Origin: a bacterium
Lineage (GTDB): Bacteria > Acidobacteriota > Blastocatellia > HR10
Assembly: GCA_041640655.1 (NCBI GenBank)
Contig: JBEPZV010000002.1
Coordinates: 146,909-210,908 of the forward strand
Direction of reading: 5' to 3'
DNA length: 64,000 bases
This document shows, one piece after another, positions 40,928 to 52,311 of the stretch (positions are counted from its first letter, which is position 1; every line of letters starts with the position of its first letter). The notes below the pieces were generated by a model. The model was not told the DNA's origin. It saw only the letters and a list, made by a program, of their open reading frames with translations, and made no database searches. Made by a program: the position numbers and the translations under genes.

Positions 40928-41884
40928 ATGGAGCGCCTCTCCTTCCAGACGGCCCTCGCCCTGAACGAGACGTTCCGTCTGACGCGGGAAGCGCGCGTCG
41001 GAGCGGTGATCTCGCTGCTGCTTCATCTGGCCCTTGCTCTCGTGATCTCGCTTTGGGGAGCTTCTCCGCCGCCACCTGCTTCGGCGGAAGAGGAGGGGGG
41101 GATCACGGTCGGATACCCTCGCGCGCAGATCATCGAGCTGGATAGGCCCTTCTATGCGCCCCCGCCGGAGGTGATTCGGCAGCTCGGAGGGGTGGAAGCT
41201 GTGCGTCCGCCGCGACATCCCGAATTTCTCTCCGAACGCACGACGATCGCGCGTGGAGAGCCGAACCCAAATCCCACGGGCTCTTCCTCGTTGCCGAAGG
41301 TGAGTGGCCGAGGTCGCACGCTGCCGGAGCTGATTGAGGACAAGCCACCAGCCTCTCGCCCCCTGGCCGGTTCGTCTGCTCAGGAAGCGCGGGCGGACCC
41401 GCGCCTGGCCCCAACTCTTCCGGCCCCGGGATCTCACAGAGAAGCGCTCGATCGTCGTCGCGACTCCATTCCGGAATCCATCCTCGCCGCGCTTCGTGGC
41501 AGCAGTGCTCCGGCTTCGGTGGAATCGTTCAGCAATCCCCAATCGGGCGTGACGTTGGAGGGCCCGCCGTCGGTGAATGCGCAAGCCGTCGCCGCCATGG
41601 AAGAGTATCGCGCGTATTTGGAGCGCGCGATCCAGCAACGCTGGTTCATCCCCCCGGAGGCGAACCTGCTGCAGGCCCCGACGACGGTGATTGTCGTCTT
41701 CGAAGTCGCGCGGGATGGACGACTCCTGCAATTGCGGCTGCGACAATCCTCGGGCATCCCGGCGCTGGATCGGGCGGCCATCAATGCGGTCCGTCTGGCT
41801 GCGCCGTTTCGTCCGCTGCCGAGCGTGTACGCCTTCGAGAGTCAGTGGTTCACGGACAAGTTCATCTATTATCCGCCTCGATGA
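40928..41884 (+). CDS. TonB/TolA C-terminal domain protein
   Basis: N-terminal TM with SLLLH, Pro-rich linker, SSGIPALDRAAINAV..AAPFRPLP. Confidence 0.85.
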   Translation: MERLSFQTALALNETFRLTREARVGAVISLLLHLALALVISLWGASPPPPASAEEEGGITVGYPRAQIIELDRPFYAPPPEVIRQLGGVEAVRPPRHPEFLSERTTIARGEPNPNPTGSSSLPKVSGRGRTLPELIEDKPPASRPLAGSSAQEARADPRLAPTLPAPGSHREALDRRRDSIPESILAALRGSSAPASVESFSNPQSGVTLEGPPSVNAQAVAAMEEYRAYLERAIQQRWFIPPEANLLQAPTTVIVVFEVARDGRLLQLRLRQSSGIPALDRAAINAVRLAAPFRPLPSVYAFESQWFTDKFIYYPPR

Positions 41885-42080
41885 ACGGACGGCCGTGAGC
41901 GTGGGTGTTGGTCGCGCGCGTGAGATCCGCAGAGCGCGCGCTCAGACATGCAAACCAGAGGTGACCGCACGGACCGGAAGATCGGGATAGGAGATCGCTC
42001 ATGACGCGGGGGCAACGGTGGGGGGCATGGGTGCTCTTGACCGCGCTGCTGCTGCTCGGCCTTCTGCGCGGATTCTGGCC

Positions 42081-43058
42081 ATGACCGCAGAGCGTCCGAT
42101 CTTGGCCGTCGTGGGGCCGACGGCGTCAGGAAAGAGCGAGCTGGGGATCGCCCTGGCCGAAGCTTTCGACGGTGAGATCATCAACTGCGATTCCGTGCAG
42201 CTCTACCGAGGGCTGTACGTGGGCACGGCGAAGGTCCCGCCGGAGAAGCGGCGCGGCATCCCGCACCATCTCATTGACGTTCTGGATCCCACGGAGCATT
42301 TCACGGCGGGCGAATACGCGCGTCGCGCGCTCTCGGTCATCGAGGAGATCGAGGCGCGGGGTAAGCTCGCCATCCTCGTCGGCGGGACGGGCTTCTATAT
42401 CCGGGCGCTGCGTCAACCGCTCTTCCCCTCCCCGCCGACGGACCTCGTCTTACGAGAGCGATTGAAGCGCATCCTGCAGCGGCGCGGGCCACCGCATCTG
42501 CATCGGATGCTCGCGCGCGTGGATCCGGAGGCAGCCGCGCGCATCTCCCCACGAGATTGGGCGCGCACGACGCGCGCGCTGGAGTATTTCTTCCAGACCG
42601 GGCGGCGCATCTCCGAAGCGCAGCGCGAGCGTCCCGCTCCCCCATCGCTGGCGCATCGGCTGCACCTGATCGCCTTGAATCCGCCGCGCGAGGAGCTGTA
42701 CCGCCGTATCAATCGGCGCGCGGAGGAGATGTTCGCGCGCGGATGGGTCGAGGAGGTGCAGGCGCTGCTGCGATCGGGGGTCCCGGAGACGGCCAAGGCG
42801 CTTCAGGCCCACGGGTATCGGCGGATCGTGCAGTACCTGCGCGGGGAGATCTCGCTCGCACAAGCGCTTGAGCTGACGCAGCGCGACGTGCGCCATTACG
42901 CGAAACGACAGCTCACCTGGTTTCGTCGCGAACCCAACGTCATCTGGTTTCACGGATTCGGCGATGATCCTCATCTTCAGCGCGAGGTGATGCGCGTGAT
43001 CCGTGCGCGGTGGGGTGAGCTCTTGACCGATGTTGAAAACCGGGCCGCGAGGTGTTAG
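42081..43058 (+). CDS. miaA: tRNA dimethylallyltransferase MiaA
   Basis: GPTASGKS, DSVQLY, GTAK, VGGTGFY, YAKRQLTWF. Confidence 0.96.
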   Translation: MTAERPILAVVGPTASGKSELGIALAEAFDGEIINCDSVQLYRGLYVGTAKVPPEKRRGIPHHLIDVLDPTEHFTAGEYARRALSVIEEIEARGKLAILVGGTGFYIRALRQPLFPSPPTDLVLRERLKRILQRRGPPHLHRMLARVDPEAAARISPRDWARTTRALEYFFQTGRRISEAQRERPAPPSLAHRLHLIALNPPREELYRRINRRAEEMFARGWVEEVQALLRSGVPETAKALQAHGYRRIVQYLRGEISLAQALELTQRDVRHYAKRQLTWFRREPNVIWFHGFGDDPHLQREVMRVIRARWGELLTDVENRAARC

Positions 43059-43074
43059 GGTTAGGGGTGGTCCC

Positions 43075-43683
43075 ATGCGAGGGGTATTCATCACGTTCGA
43101 GGGGATTGATGGGAGCGGCAAGACGACGATGCTCGAACGCGTCGCGCTGAAGTTGCAGTCTCTGGGTTTTCGTGTTGTGGTGACGCGCGAGCCGGGAGGG
43201 ACTGAGTTGGGTCGCGCTGTTCGCGATCTCGTGCTCACGCGTGAGATGTCACCGATGGCGGAGCTCTTCCTCTACGCGGCGGATCGCGCCGAGCATGTCG
43301 CGCGCGTCATTCGACCGGCCCTGGAGGCGGGGCTCATCGTCCTCTCCGATCGGTATGCGGATGCGACGCTCGCTTATCAAGGCTACGGGCGGGGGCTGCC
43401 TCTTGAGATGGTTCGCGAGGTGAACCGGTGGGCGACCGATGGGGTGATGCCAGAGCTCACGATCGTGCTCGATTGCGAGATCGCCGAAGCGCGGCGCCGC
43501 AAGGGGTGGCTCACGGATCGGTTCGAGCGCGGTGGCGAAGACTTCCTGGCCCGCGTGCGGCAGGGGTATTTGGAGGTTGCGCTGGAGGAGCCCGAGCGCG
43601 TTCGCGTCATCTCCTCCTCGGGGCCGAAGGATGTGACGGCCGAGCTGGTCTGGACAACGGTGGCGTCCGCGCTCAATCTGTGA
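43075..43683 (+). CDS. tmk: Thymidylate kinase
   Basis: FITFEGIDGSGKTT, TREPGG, DRY, AYQGYGR. Confidence 0.96.
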   Translation: MRGVFITFEGIDGSGKTTMLERVALKLQSLGFRVVVTREPGGTELGRAVRDLVLTREMSPMAELFLYAADRAEHVARVIRPALEAGLIVLSDRYADATLAYQGYGRGLPLEMVREVNRWATDGVMPELTIVLDCEIAEARRRKGWLTDRFERGGEDFLARVRQGYLEVALEEPERVRVISSSGPKDVTAELVWTTVASALNL

Positions 43684-43757
43684 CCGATCACCTGTTTCAC
43701 CCCGCGGGCGAGGTGGTGGACGCTCACCGAAACGACGGCTTGCGACCATCCTTGACG

Positions 43758-44756
43758 ATGGCCTTTCGCGATCTCATCGGAAACGAACCGGTGAAGCGAG
43801 CGCTTCAGGTGGCCGCGCGCGAGGGGCGTCTCGGTCACTCGCTGCTGTTCTCCGGGCCGGAGGGCGTCGGCAAACGCCAATTCGCGCTCGCGCTGGCGAA
43901 GACGATCAACTGCCCGAATGCGCAGAGAGATCCCCTCCCCGACAGTTGCGACGCATGCCCGAGCTGCCGGAAGTTCGACCGAGGTGAGCACATGGATTTC
44001 TCCCTCATCCGCCCGGAGACGACGTTCCTCAAGATCGAACAGATTCGCGTGCTTCGCGAGCACGCGTATCGGAAACCATTCGAGGCGCGCCGGCGCATCT
44101 TCCTCATTGATGGCGCTGAGGCGATGACCGAGCAGGCGGCCAATGCGTTGCTGAAGACGCTGGAGGAACCGCCGGTTGAATCTCTGCTCATCCTCGTGAC
44201 CGACCAACCGACCCGCCTCCTGCCCACGATTCGCTCGCGATGCCAGATCTACCATTTCGCTCCACTGAGGACGGCTGAGATCGAGCGTTTCCTCCGGGAG
44301 CACTTCACGCGCCCGGAGGAGGAGATCCGCCTGCTGGCCCGCTTGGCCTCGGGCCGAATCGGAAAGGCGCTCTCGATTGATCTCTCGGTCTATCGGGAGA
44401 TGCGCCACGAGATCCTGGAGCTCCTGGCGGTGCTCGCAACCGGAGACCGCGTGCGACTCATCAAGGCGGCGGAATACTTGGGACGGCGCCTCGATCGGGA
44501 GGACTTCGAGCGTCGGCTGGAGGTCCTCGAGCAGGTACTTGGCGATCTGCTCCGTCTGCATCTGGGCGTGGAGGAAGTGGTGAACGCGGATGTCGCTTCG
44601 CGTCTGACCGCGCTCGCGCCCTTCTTCCCGCCGCCGCGGCTGATGCGGCTCGCGGAGAAGCTCGCCGCCTTGCGGCGAGACCTCTGGCGGAATCTCAATC
44701 GACAATTGGCCCTGGAGGCTCTGCTGCTGGCCGAATCCGAAGCCGCCTCGCCCTAG
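43758..44756 (+). CDS. holB: DNA polymerase III delta' subunit
   Basis: [36 protein letters not shown]; follows tmk. Confidence 0.93.
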   Translation: MAFRDLIGNEPVKRALQVAAREGRLGHSLLFSGPEGVGKRQFALALAKTINCPNAQRDPLPDSCDACPSCRKFDRGEHMDFSLIRPETTFLKIEQIRVLREHAYRKPFEARRRIFLIDGAEAMTEQAANALLKTLEEPPVESLLILVTDQPTRLLPTIRSRCQIYHFAPLRTAEIERFLREHFTRPEEEIRLLARLASGRIGKALSIDLSVYREMRHEILELLAVLATGDRVRLIKAAEYLGRRLDREDFERRLEVLEQVLGDLLRLHLGVEEVVNADVASRLTALAPFFPPPRLMRLAEKLAALRRDLWRNLNRQLALEALLLAESEAASP

Positions 44757-44817
44757 GCAAATCGCCGCCGCTCGCGTAAAATATCCTGACTCGCTGTGGA
44801 AGGCGAAGGGGGGATAT

Positions 44818-46548
44818 ATGCGGTGGTCGAGAGCGTTCATTCCGACCCTGCGCGAGACGCCGGCGGATGCCGAAGTCGTCAGCCATCAACTGCTGCTGCG
44901 CGCCGGGATGATTCGGCAGCTCGCTTCGGGCATCTACAGCTTCCTGCCGCTGGCCTGGCGCGTCATGCAGAAGATCATCGCCATCATCCGTGAGGAGATG
45001 GATCGCATCGGGGGACAGGAATTCCACCTGCCCGCATTGCATCCGGCGGAGATCTGGAAGGAGTCGGGGCGCTGGGAGCTCATGGGAGAGAACATGTTCC
45101 GCCTGCGCGACCGACGCGGGAGCGATCTCTGCCTGGGTATGACGCACGAGGAGGTCTTCACCGCGATCGCGCGCCATGAGCTGCGATCCTACAAGCAGTT
45201 GCCTCAGGTGTGGTATCAGATCCAGACGAAGTTCCGCGATGAGCCGCGTCCGCGCTCGGGCGTCTTGCGCGTTCGCGAATTCATCATGAAGGATGCCTAC
45301 ACGTTCGATCTCGACGAGGAGGGGCTCGATCGCGCGTATCGAGATCAGTACCAGGCCTATTGTCGCATCTTCGACCGCTGCGGGTTGAAATACCTCGTCG
45401 TGCAGGCCTCCTCCGGCGCCATGGGAGGGCAGGAATCGGCCGAGTTCATGGTCCTCACCGACGCCGGAGAGGATCACATCGCGCTCTGCCCCTCGTGCGG
45501 CTATGCGGCCAACACGGAGAAGGCGACCTCCCGCGTGCCGGAGATCGGAGACGCCGATGGGCTTCCGGCGCCGGAGATGTTCCCGACTCCGGGCGTGCGC
45601 ACGATCAAGGACCTTGAGGAATTCCCCGGCGGCGCGCCAGCCGAGCGACAGATCAAGACGCTCGCCTACTTCCTGGACGATCAGTTCACGCTCCTTCTGC
45701 TCCGCGGCGATCACGAACTGAATGAAGCGAAACTGGCCGATGCCACTGGCGCCGCGCACATCCGTCCGGCGCAGCCGGAGGAGATCAAGGCGGCGCTTGG
45801 CGCGTACCCGGGGAGCATCGGCGCTGTGGGCGTCACGACCTATCCGATCCTCGCCGACCTCGCTCTGCGCGGGCGGCGCAACATGGTCACCGGGGCCAAC
45901 CGCGACGATTTCCACCTGCGCGGGGTGGACGTCGAGCGAGATATCCGCGTGACGCGGTGGGCCGATCTGCGTCTGGTGAAGACGGGCGAGGGTTGCCCCC
46001 AGTGCGAGGGCACGCTCGTCGTCCGGAAGGGGCTGGAGATCGGCCACATCTTCAAGCTCGGCACGCGATACAGCGAGTCCATGGGGGCCTATGTGCTCAA
46101 TCAGGAGGGGAAAGCCGTGCCGCTGGTCATGGGCAGCTATGGCATCGGCGTCGAGCGCGTCATGGCCGCAGCCGTCGAGCTCTACCACGATGAAGACGGC
46201 ATCATCTGGCCGATCACGATCGCTCCGTTTCAGGTCGTCCTCGTCCCCGTGAACATGGCCGATGACGCGCAGCGCGCGGCGGCCGAACGCCTCTATGCTG
46301 AGCTGACGGCGGCCCATGTCGAGGTCCTCTACGACGATCGCGAGGAACGCGCCGGCGTGAAATTCAAAGATGCGGATCTCATCGGCATTCCCCTTCGTGT
46401 GACCATCGGACCGCACAAACTCGCGCGCGGTCAAGTGGAGATCCTCCGCCGCCGCACGCGAGCGATCGAGGACGTGGCGCTCGAAGCCGCCGTCTCGCGC
46501 ATCCGCGAGATCATCGAAGAAGAGACCCGCGAGGTGCTCCGACGATGA
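44818..46548 (+). CDS. proS: Prolyl-tRNA synthetase (with insertion editing domain)
   Basis: [51 protein letters not shown]. Confidence 0.97.
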   Translation: MRWSRAFIPTLRETPADAEVVSHQLLLRAGMIRQLASGIYSFLPLAWRVMQKIIAIIREEMDRIGGQEFHLPALHPAEIWKESGRWELMGENMFRLRDRRGSDLCLGMTHEEVFTAIARHELRSYKQLPQVWYQIQTKFRDEPRPRSGVLRVREFIMKDAYTFDLDEEGLDRAYRDQYQAYCRIFDRCGLKYLVVQASSGAMGGQESAEFMVLTDAGEDHIALCPSCGYAANTEKATSRVPEIGDADGLPAPEMFPTPGVRTIKDLEEFPGGAPAERQIKTLAYFLDDQFTLLLLRGDHELNEAKLADATGAAHIRPAQPEEIKAALGAYPGSIGAVGVTTYPILADLALRGRRNMVTGANRDDFHLRGVDVERDIRVTRWADLRLVKTGEGCPQCEGTLVVRKGLEIGHIFKLGTRYSESMGAYVLNQEGKAVPLVMGSYGIGVERVMAAAVELYHDEDGIIWPITIAPFQVVLVPVNMADDAQRAAAERLYAELTAAHVEVLYDDREERAGVKFKDADLIGIPLRVTIGPHKLARGQVEILRRRTRAIEDVALEAAVSRIREIIEEETREVLRR

Positions 46549-47525
46549 ATCTGATCCTGACCAACGCCGGAAGCTATCCACGCATTGGCGATTCGCCCGA
46601 GTTGCAGGTCCTGCGCCAGACGCTGGCGCGCTTCGATCGCGGGGAAGCGGCCGAAGCCGATATTCGGCGCGCCGAGGATGAGATGGTGCGTCGCGCCATC
46701 GCCGAGCAGATCGAAGCCGGGCTGGACGTGGTGACCGACGGGCAGATCCGTTGGTATGATCCGATCTCTCATCTGGCGGGGAAGCTGCAGGGGACGAAGA
46801 TCAACGGTCTGCTCCGATACTTCGATACGAATTTCTACTTCCGCCAACCGGTCATCGTGGGTCGCCTCGTTCGCGAGCGGCCGATCCTTCTCGAGGAATA
46901 TCGGTACGCGCGCTCGGTCTCCTCGCGACCGGTGAAGCCCGTGCTGACGGGTCCCTATACGCTGGCTGTCTTCTCGCTGGTCGAGCGAGGAGAATATCGC
47001 GATCTGGAACGGCGCGTCGAGGACTATGCTACGGCCCTGGCTGCGGAAGTCGCTGAGTTGGCCGCCGAGGGCGCCGAGCTCATCCAAGTGGATGAGCCGG
47101 CGATCGTGCTCGAGGACGCGGCGTTCGATCTCTTCGCCGCTGGGATTCGCGCGCTCGTCGAGGCCAAAGGCGCCGCTCGCCTGGCCCTCTATATCTCCTT
47201 CGGCGACGTCTCGACGCTCTATGCGCGGCTCCAAGAGCTTCCTGTGGATGTCCTGGGACTGGATTTCACCTACAGCCCACAGCTTGTGGAGCGCATCGCC
47301 GTCGAGGGGTCGGCCAAGGCCCTTGGTCTCGGTCTCATTGATGGACGCAATACGAAACTGGAGCCCGAAGCCGAAGTCGCCGCGGCGCTCGAACGGTTGC
47401 TTCCGGCCATTCGCGGCGATGTCGCTTATCTGAATCCTTCTACAGGACTCGAATTCTTGCCGCGCGATCGCGCGTTTCGGAAGTTGCGGCATCTGGTCAC
47501 CATCGGCATGAGGTTCAAGTCATGA
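46545..47525 (+). CDS. Split cobalamin-independent methionine synthase, N-terminal (folate-binding-like) subunit
   Basis: [37 protein letters not shown]; no Zn ligands. Confidence 0.82.
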   Translation: MNLILTNAGSYPRIGDSPELQVLRQTLARFDRGEAAEADIRRAEDEMVRRAIAEQIEAGLDVVTDGQIRWYDPISHLAGKLQGTKINGLLRYFDTNFYFRQPVIVGRLVRERPILLEEYRYARSVSSRPVKPVLTGPYTLAVFSLVERGEYRDLERRVEDYATALAAEVAELAAEGAELIQVDEPAIVLEDAAFDLFAAGIRALVEAKGAARLALYISFGDVSTLYARLQELPVDVLGLDFTYSPQLVERIAVEGSAKALGLGLIDGRNTKLEPEAEVAAALERLLPAIRGDVAYLNPSTGLEFLPRDRAFRKLRHLVTIGMRFKS

Positions 47526-48523
47526 GTCGAGAGAAATTGCGCGCTTTAGGCATCGAACTCCCCCTGCTGCCGACGACCTCCGTCGGGAGCTTCCCCAAAC
47601 CCGAGGAGCTGCAACGGGCGCGCGCGCAGTGGGCGCGTGGCCTCATCTCGCGCGAAGAGCTGGAGCGGCTCGAACGCCGCGCGACCGAATTCTGGATCCG
47701 CACGCAGGAGGAGCTGGGGATTGATGTCCTCGTGGACGGCGAACAGTATCGCGGGGACATGGTCACCTACTTCGCCGAGAACATGCGCGGGTTCGAGATC
47801 GGCGGCCTCGTTCGCTCCTACGGGAACCGGTACTACCGAAAGCCGATCATCGTCTCCGAAGTGCGATGGGAGCGACCGATCACCGTCTCCTGGTGGCGCT
47901 TCGCTCAAGGCCTCACGACGAGACCGGTCAAAGGCATGCTCACCGGCCCGTATACGGTCATGGACTGGTCTTTCAACGAATATTACCCGGATCGCCGTGC
48001 CACCTGCTTGGCGCTGGCGCGCGAGATCCGAAAAGAGGTCGAAGCGCTGATCGAGGCTGGCGCGCGCATCATCCAAATTGACGAACCCGCGCTCTCGGTC
48101 CGCCCCTCCGAATTGGGGCTCGCGCGCGAGGCGATGCAGATCGTGACCGAGGGACTCCCCGCCTACTTCATCAGCCATGCGTGCTACGGCGCGTTCGAGA
48201 AGATCTACCCGGACATGCTCGCGCTGCCGGTGGACAACTTCGACCTGGAGATGTCCAACAGCAACCTCGATCTTCTCGAGCATTTCAAGCGCTTCCCCTT
48301 CACGAAGGATTTGAGCTTCGGCGTCGTAGATGTGCACTCTCATGTGCTCGAGGACGTGGAGACGGTCGTGGCGCGCATTCGGCAGGGTCTGGAAGTGGTC
48401 CCGACCGAAGCCCTGTGGATTGATCCCGACTGCGGATTGAAGACGCGTACGGTCGAGGAAGCGATCGCGAAACTGCGCGTCATCGTGGAGGCCGTCACGC
48501 GGATCCGCGCGGCCCTGGCTTGA
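47522..48523 (+). CDS. metE: Split cobalamin-independent methionine synthase, catalytic Zn-binding subunit
   Basis: PTTSVGSFP, DGEQYRGDMV, KGMLTGP, IQIDEPA, HAC..E..PDCGLKTR. Confidence 0.88.
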   Translation: MSREKLRALGIELPLLPTTSVGSFPKPEELQRARAQWARGLISREELERLERRATEFWIRTQEELGIDVLVDGEQYRGDMVTYFAENMRGFEIGGLVRSYGNRYYRKPIIVSEVRWERPITVSWWRFAQGLTTRPVKGMLTGPYTVMDWSFNEYYPDRRATCLALAREIRKEVEALIEAGARIIQIDEPALSVRPSELGLAREAMQIVTEGLPAYFISHACYGAFEKIYPDMLALPVDNFDLEMSNSNLDLLEHFKRFPFTKDLSFGVVDVHSHVLEDVETVVARIRQGLEVVPTEALWIDPDCGLKTRTVEEAIAKLRVIVEAVTRIRAALA

Positions 48524-48528
48524 GCTGA

Positions 48529-49485
48529 TCAGGTCTGCTCCTCCGCGGTCGGGAGCACGCCGCGAATCTCCCGAACCACTCGCTGCACCGCCTCAGCATC
48601 GGCGAATGCGATCAGGAAGAACCGGACGCCGTTGTGCACGCAGATGAGTCCGTTGGAGAAGAGCCAGAGGCGATTCAGAATCGGATTGCCCCCGAGGATC
48701 AGCTCGATGGGCGCTCCGGTGAGGCGCGCTGGCGAGAGGCTCTCGGCGATGAGCGTTCCGCCCAAGGTGACGCTGAAGACGCCGAGCAACGGCGCGCCCA
48801 CATACCGCGCGATCACCTGTTGGAATGCGATCCGAGCTCGCTCAGCTTCGTCCAGGCGTCCCTCGGCCAGCAGACGCTCCTGCTCGCGAAGATACGCCAT
48901 GTAGCGCTCGGTCAGACGGCGCAATCCGTACGGAGCGAGCGCGCTGTGAAAGAACCAGTGATTCGCGCCGCCACCGCCCAGCAAGACCGCGCCTAACTGA
49001 GGGAAAGCACTCCCGGCGCGCACCCCCGCGATGAAGGAGAAGGTGAGGGCCGCCGTTTTCCCCGGATTCCGCTCGATCCACGCACGCACGTCCCCCCATG
49101 CCGAGCGCAGACGCTCCTCGGCGCCCGCTGCACGCTCGAACGCGTGGCCGAGCCTCTCCGCCTGCCGATATTCGGTCTCGATCCGGCGCGCGAAGGCTTC
49201 GGCCTTCTCGCGCGCCGCGTGCGCGGCGGATTCGACGCCCTGCCGGATCTCCTCCACCGTTCGCTTCACCTCCTCCCGAACATCGGCGCTCTCGGCGGAG
49301 GTCTCGATACGGTGACGGGCCGCTTCGAGCCCATCCGCGAGAAGGTCCGCCCCCTTTTGCGCGGCCGAGGACACAGCGGCCGTCACCTCCGCGATCGTCT
49401 CTCGCACGTGATAGCGCTCATCCCACTCGCGGACCTTTCGCCAGAGGGCTCGCTTCATCGCCTCGATCCCTTGCGCTCGCTTCAT
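48529..49485 (-). CDS. Hypothetical membrane protein with N-terminal amphipathic/coiled region
   Basis: SD GAGGAGG before ATG 49485; fills the gap between metE and coxB; Ala/Glu-rich helices followed by hydrophobic segments. Confidence 0.65.
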   Translation of the reverse strand: MKRAQGIEAMKRALWRKVREWDERYHVRETIAEVTAAVSSAAQKGADLLADGLEAARHRIETSAESADVREEVKRTVEEIRQGVESAAHAAREKAEAFARRIETEYRQAERLGHAFERAAGAEERLRSAWGDVRAWIERNPGKTAALTFSFIAGVRAGSAFPQLGAVLLGGGGANHWFFHSALAPYGLRRLTERYMAYLREQERLLAEGRLDEAERARIAFQQVIARYVGAPLLGVFSVTLGGTLIAESLSPARLTGAPIELILGGNPILNRLWLFSNGLICVHNGVRFFLIAFADAEAVQRVVREIRGVLPTAEEQT

Positions 49486-49598
49486 ACGCCCGGCCTCCTC
49501 GACAGGATACGCCTCCTCCCTGCTCTTCGTTCCCAAGTCTATCACAGGAAGTCCGAAGGACCCCCGCCCCCATCGCCATCGAGTCGCGTCCCCCCAGG

Positions 49599-49628
49599 TT
49601 GACAAGGCGATCCGGCCCGTGCTATATA
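49599..49628 (+). promoter_or_regulatory. Promoter for the cox operon
   Basis: TTGACA - 18 nt - TATATA with extended TG. Confidence 0.6.
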
Positions 49629-49672
49629 GGGAGCCTTCCGCAAGGTGAGAACGGGCACGGCGAGGTCGAACG

Positions 49673-50464
49673 ATGGGATTTGCCTTAGCGTTGATCATCT
49701 GGGCGATCACCCTTGCCACAGTCGTTTTGTTCGCCGGACGATTCTGGTGGTTTCCTGAGGCGATCTCCGAACACGGCCCGAGCATTGATCGGCAGTTCAT
49801 GCTCACGCTCACGATCATTGGGATCGCCTTCGTCTTGGCTCAAGCGACGCTCGGATTCTTCATCATTCGGTATCGGCGTCGGGGAGAAGAGCGAGCGAGC
49901 TACTGGCACGAGAGCCGCCGATTGGAGATTCTCTGGACGACGGTCACGGGCGTCGTGTTCCTCTCGCTCGCCGTTCTCGGGCAACGGGTCTGGGCCAAGC
50001 TGCACCTGAACGCCCCGCCTCCGGGAGCGCTCCAGGTCGAAGTCACAGCTCAGCAGTTCGTGTGGAATATCCGATACCCCGGTCCGGACGGGAAGTTCGG
50101 CCGCACGCGAACGGAGCTCATCAACGACGTGGATAATCCCGTCGGGCTGGACTTCACCGATCCGGCGGCGCGCGATGACATCGTGACGGTGAATCAGATG
50201 GCCATCCCCGTCAATCGCGATATTCATGTGATCTTACGCTCGAAGGATGTGATCCACAGCTTCTGGGTTCCGCCTCTGCGCATGAAGCAGGATGCCGTTC
50301 CTGGTCTGGCCATCAACATTCACTTTAAGGCGGTGAAGACCGGTCAGTTCGAGATCGCCTGCGCGGAGCTGTGCGGGCTCAGTCATCATCGAATGCGCGG
50401 GTTCCTGTCGGTGCTCCCCGAGCCGGAATTCGAAGCATGGTTGAGACAGCGGGCGAGTCAGTGA
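49673..50464 (+). CDS. coxB: Cytochrome c oxidase subunit II
   Basis: LEILWT, DVIHSFW, CuA motif CAELCGLSHHRM. Confidence 0.95.
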   Translation: MGFALALIIWAITLATVVLFAGRFWWFPEAISEHGPSIDRQFMLTLTIIGIAFVLAQATLGFFIIRYRRRGEERASYWHESRRLEILWTTVTGVVFLSLAVLGQRVWAKLHLNAPPPGALQVEVTAQQFVWNIRYPGPDGKFGRTRTELINDVDNPVGLDFTDPAARDDIVTVNQMAIPVNRDIHVILRSKDVIHSFWVPPLRMKQDAVPGLAINIHFKAVKTGQFEIACAELCGLSHHRMRGFLSVLPEPEFEAWLRQRASQ

Positions 50465-50539
50465 GGCGTTGATCCACCCTCGCGCTTTTCGAGATATGAG
50501 CCGTGAGAGGACACAGAAACAGAATGAGGAGGGAAGGCG

Positions 50540-52303
50540 ATGACACAGGCTGTCGCGACTCACGAAGCCCCGAAGAGTTTCATCCGACGCTATATCTTCA
50601 GCACCGATCATAAGGTGATCGGCCTGCAATATCTCTTCCTCGCTATGGCGGCCGTCACGATTGGCATCGTCCTCTCCCTCTACATGCGCCTGCGGCTGGC
50701 GTGGCCGACCGAACGGTGGCCGCTTCTGGCGAAGCTCTTTCCACAGGCGATGGCCGGAGGGACGATCAGCCCCGAATTCTACCTCTCGCTGGTGACGATG
50801 CACGGGACGATCATGGTCTTCTTCGTGCTGACGACAGCGCCACTGGGTGGCTTCGGCAACTACTTCCTGCCGATTCAAGTCGGGGCGCACGACATGGCCT
50901 TCCCGGTCTTGAACATGCTCTCGTTCTGGGTCACACTGGCCGGATTCCTGGTGTTGCTGGCGGCCTTCTTCGTCTCTGGGGGAGCGCCGATCTCCGGATG
51001 GACGGCCTATGCGCCGCTGAGCGCCGTTGGGGAGATCGCCGGCCCCGGACTCGGCATGGGGCAGAATCTGTGGATCGTCAGCATCGCTCTCTTTTGCATC
51101 GCCTCGCTGCTGGGCGCGCTGAACTTCATCACGACGACGCTCAACCTGCGCACCAAGGGCATGTCCATGACGCGGCTGCCGTTGACGGTCTGGGCGTGGT
51201 TCACGACGGCCGTGCTCGCGCTTTTGGCCTTCCCCGTCCTGCTGGCCGGCGGTATTCTCCTGCTGTTGGATCGCGTGGCGGGGACGAGCTTCTTCGTCCC
51301 CGAAGGGCTCATCGTCAGCGACAAGATTCTGCCACACAAGGGCGGTTCGCCCTTGCTCTGGCAGCACCTCTTCTGGTTCTTCGGACATCCCGAGGTCTAC
51401 ATCGCCATTCTCCCCGGCATGGGGATCACCTCGCATGTGCTCTCGACCTTCGCCCGCAAGCCGATCTTCGGCTATCGCGCGATGGTCGCGGCGATCTTCG
51501 CCATCGGCCTGCTCGGCTTCCTCGTGTGGGGACACCACATGTTCGTGAGCGGCATGAGCCCGTACTCGGCGATCGCCTTCTCGCTTCTGACGCTCTCGAT
51601 CGGCGTTCCCTCAGCCATCAAGACGTTCAATTGGCTGGCGACGCTCTACAAAGCGCAGATCCGCTTCACCGTCCCCATGCTCTTCGCCCTCGGCTTCGTC
51701 TCCATCTTCGTCACGGGCGGACTCTCGGGCATCATCTTGGGACAGACCTCGCTCGACATTCCGATGCATGACACCTACTTCGTCGTCGCCCACTTCCATT
51801 TGATCATGGGCGTGGCGGCCATCTTCGGCATCTTCGCTGGGACGTACTACTGGTTCCCCAAGATGTTCGGGCGGATGATGAACGACGCGTTGGGGAAGCT
51901 CCATTTCTGGCTCACGTTCATCGGCATCTATGCCATCTTCATCCCGATGCATATTCTGGGCATCGCCGGGCACCCGCGGCGGTATGCGGAGACGGCAGGC
52001 TTCGACTTCCTCGCTCCGCTGCAACCCCTCCATATCTTCATCACGATCGCGGCGCTCGTCACGGCGGCGGCGCAAGTGCTCTTCTTCTTCAACTTCTTCT
52101 GGTCCATCTGGAGGGGCCGACGGGCGGAGATCAATCCCTGGCGGGCGACGACGCTGGAGTGGACGATTCCCTCTCCACCCCCACATGACAACTTCGGGCC
52201 GCAGGCTCCGGTCGTCCATCGCGGCCCGTATGAGTACAGCGTGCCGGGAGCGGCTGAGGATTACATCCTGCAAACGGCTCCGCCAACGGCGGTGAAGCCC
52301 TGA
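50540..52303 (+). CDS. coxA: Cytochrome c oxidase subunit I (A1 type)
   Basis: STDHKVIG, HGTIM, WFFGHPEVY, WGHHMF, HDTYFVVAHFH. Confidence 0.97.
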   Translation: MTQAVATHEAPKSFIRRYIFSTDHKVIGLQYLFLAMAAVTIGIVLSLYMRLRLAWPTERWPLLAKLFPQAMAGGTISPEFYLSLVTMHGTIMVFFVLTTAPLGGFGNYFLPIQVGAHDMAFPVLNMLSFWVTLAGFLVLLAAFFVSGGAPISGWTAYAPLSAVGEIAGPGLGMGQNLWIVSIALFCIASLLGALNFITTTLNLRTKGMSMTRLPLTVWAWFTTAVLALLAFPVLLAGGILLLLDRVAGTSFFVPEGLIVSDKILPHKGGSPLLWQHLFWFFGHPEVYIAILPGMGITSHVLSTFARKPIFGYRAMVAAIFAIGLLGFLVWGHHMFVSGMSPYSAIAFSLLTLSIGVPSAIKTFNWLATLYKAQIRFTVPMLFALGFVSIFVTGGLSGIILGQTSLDIPMHDTYFVVAHFHLIMGVAAIFGIFAGTYYWFPKMFGRMMNDALGKLHFWLTFIGIYAIFIPMHILGIAGHPRRYAETAGFDFLAPLQPLHIFITIAALVTAAAQVLFFFNFFWSIWRGRRAEINPWRATTLEWTIPSPPPHDNFGPQAPVVHRGPYEYSVPGAAEDYILQTAPPTAVKP

Positions 52304-52311
52304 GGAGAGCG

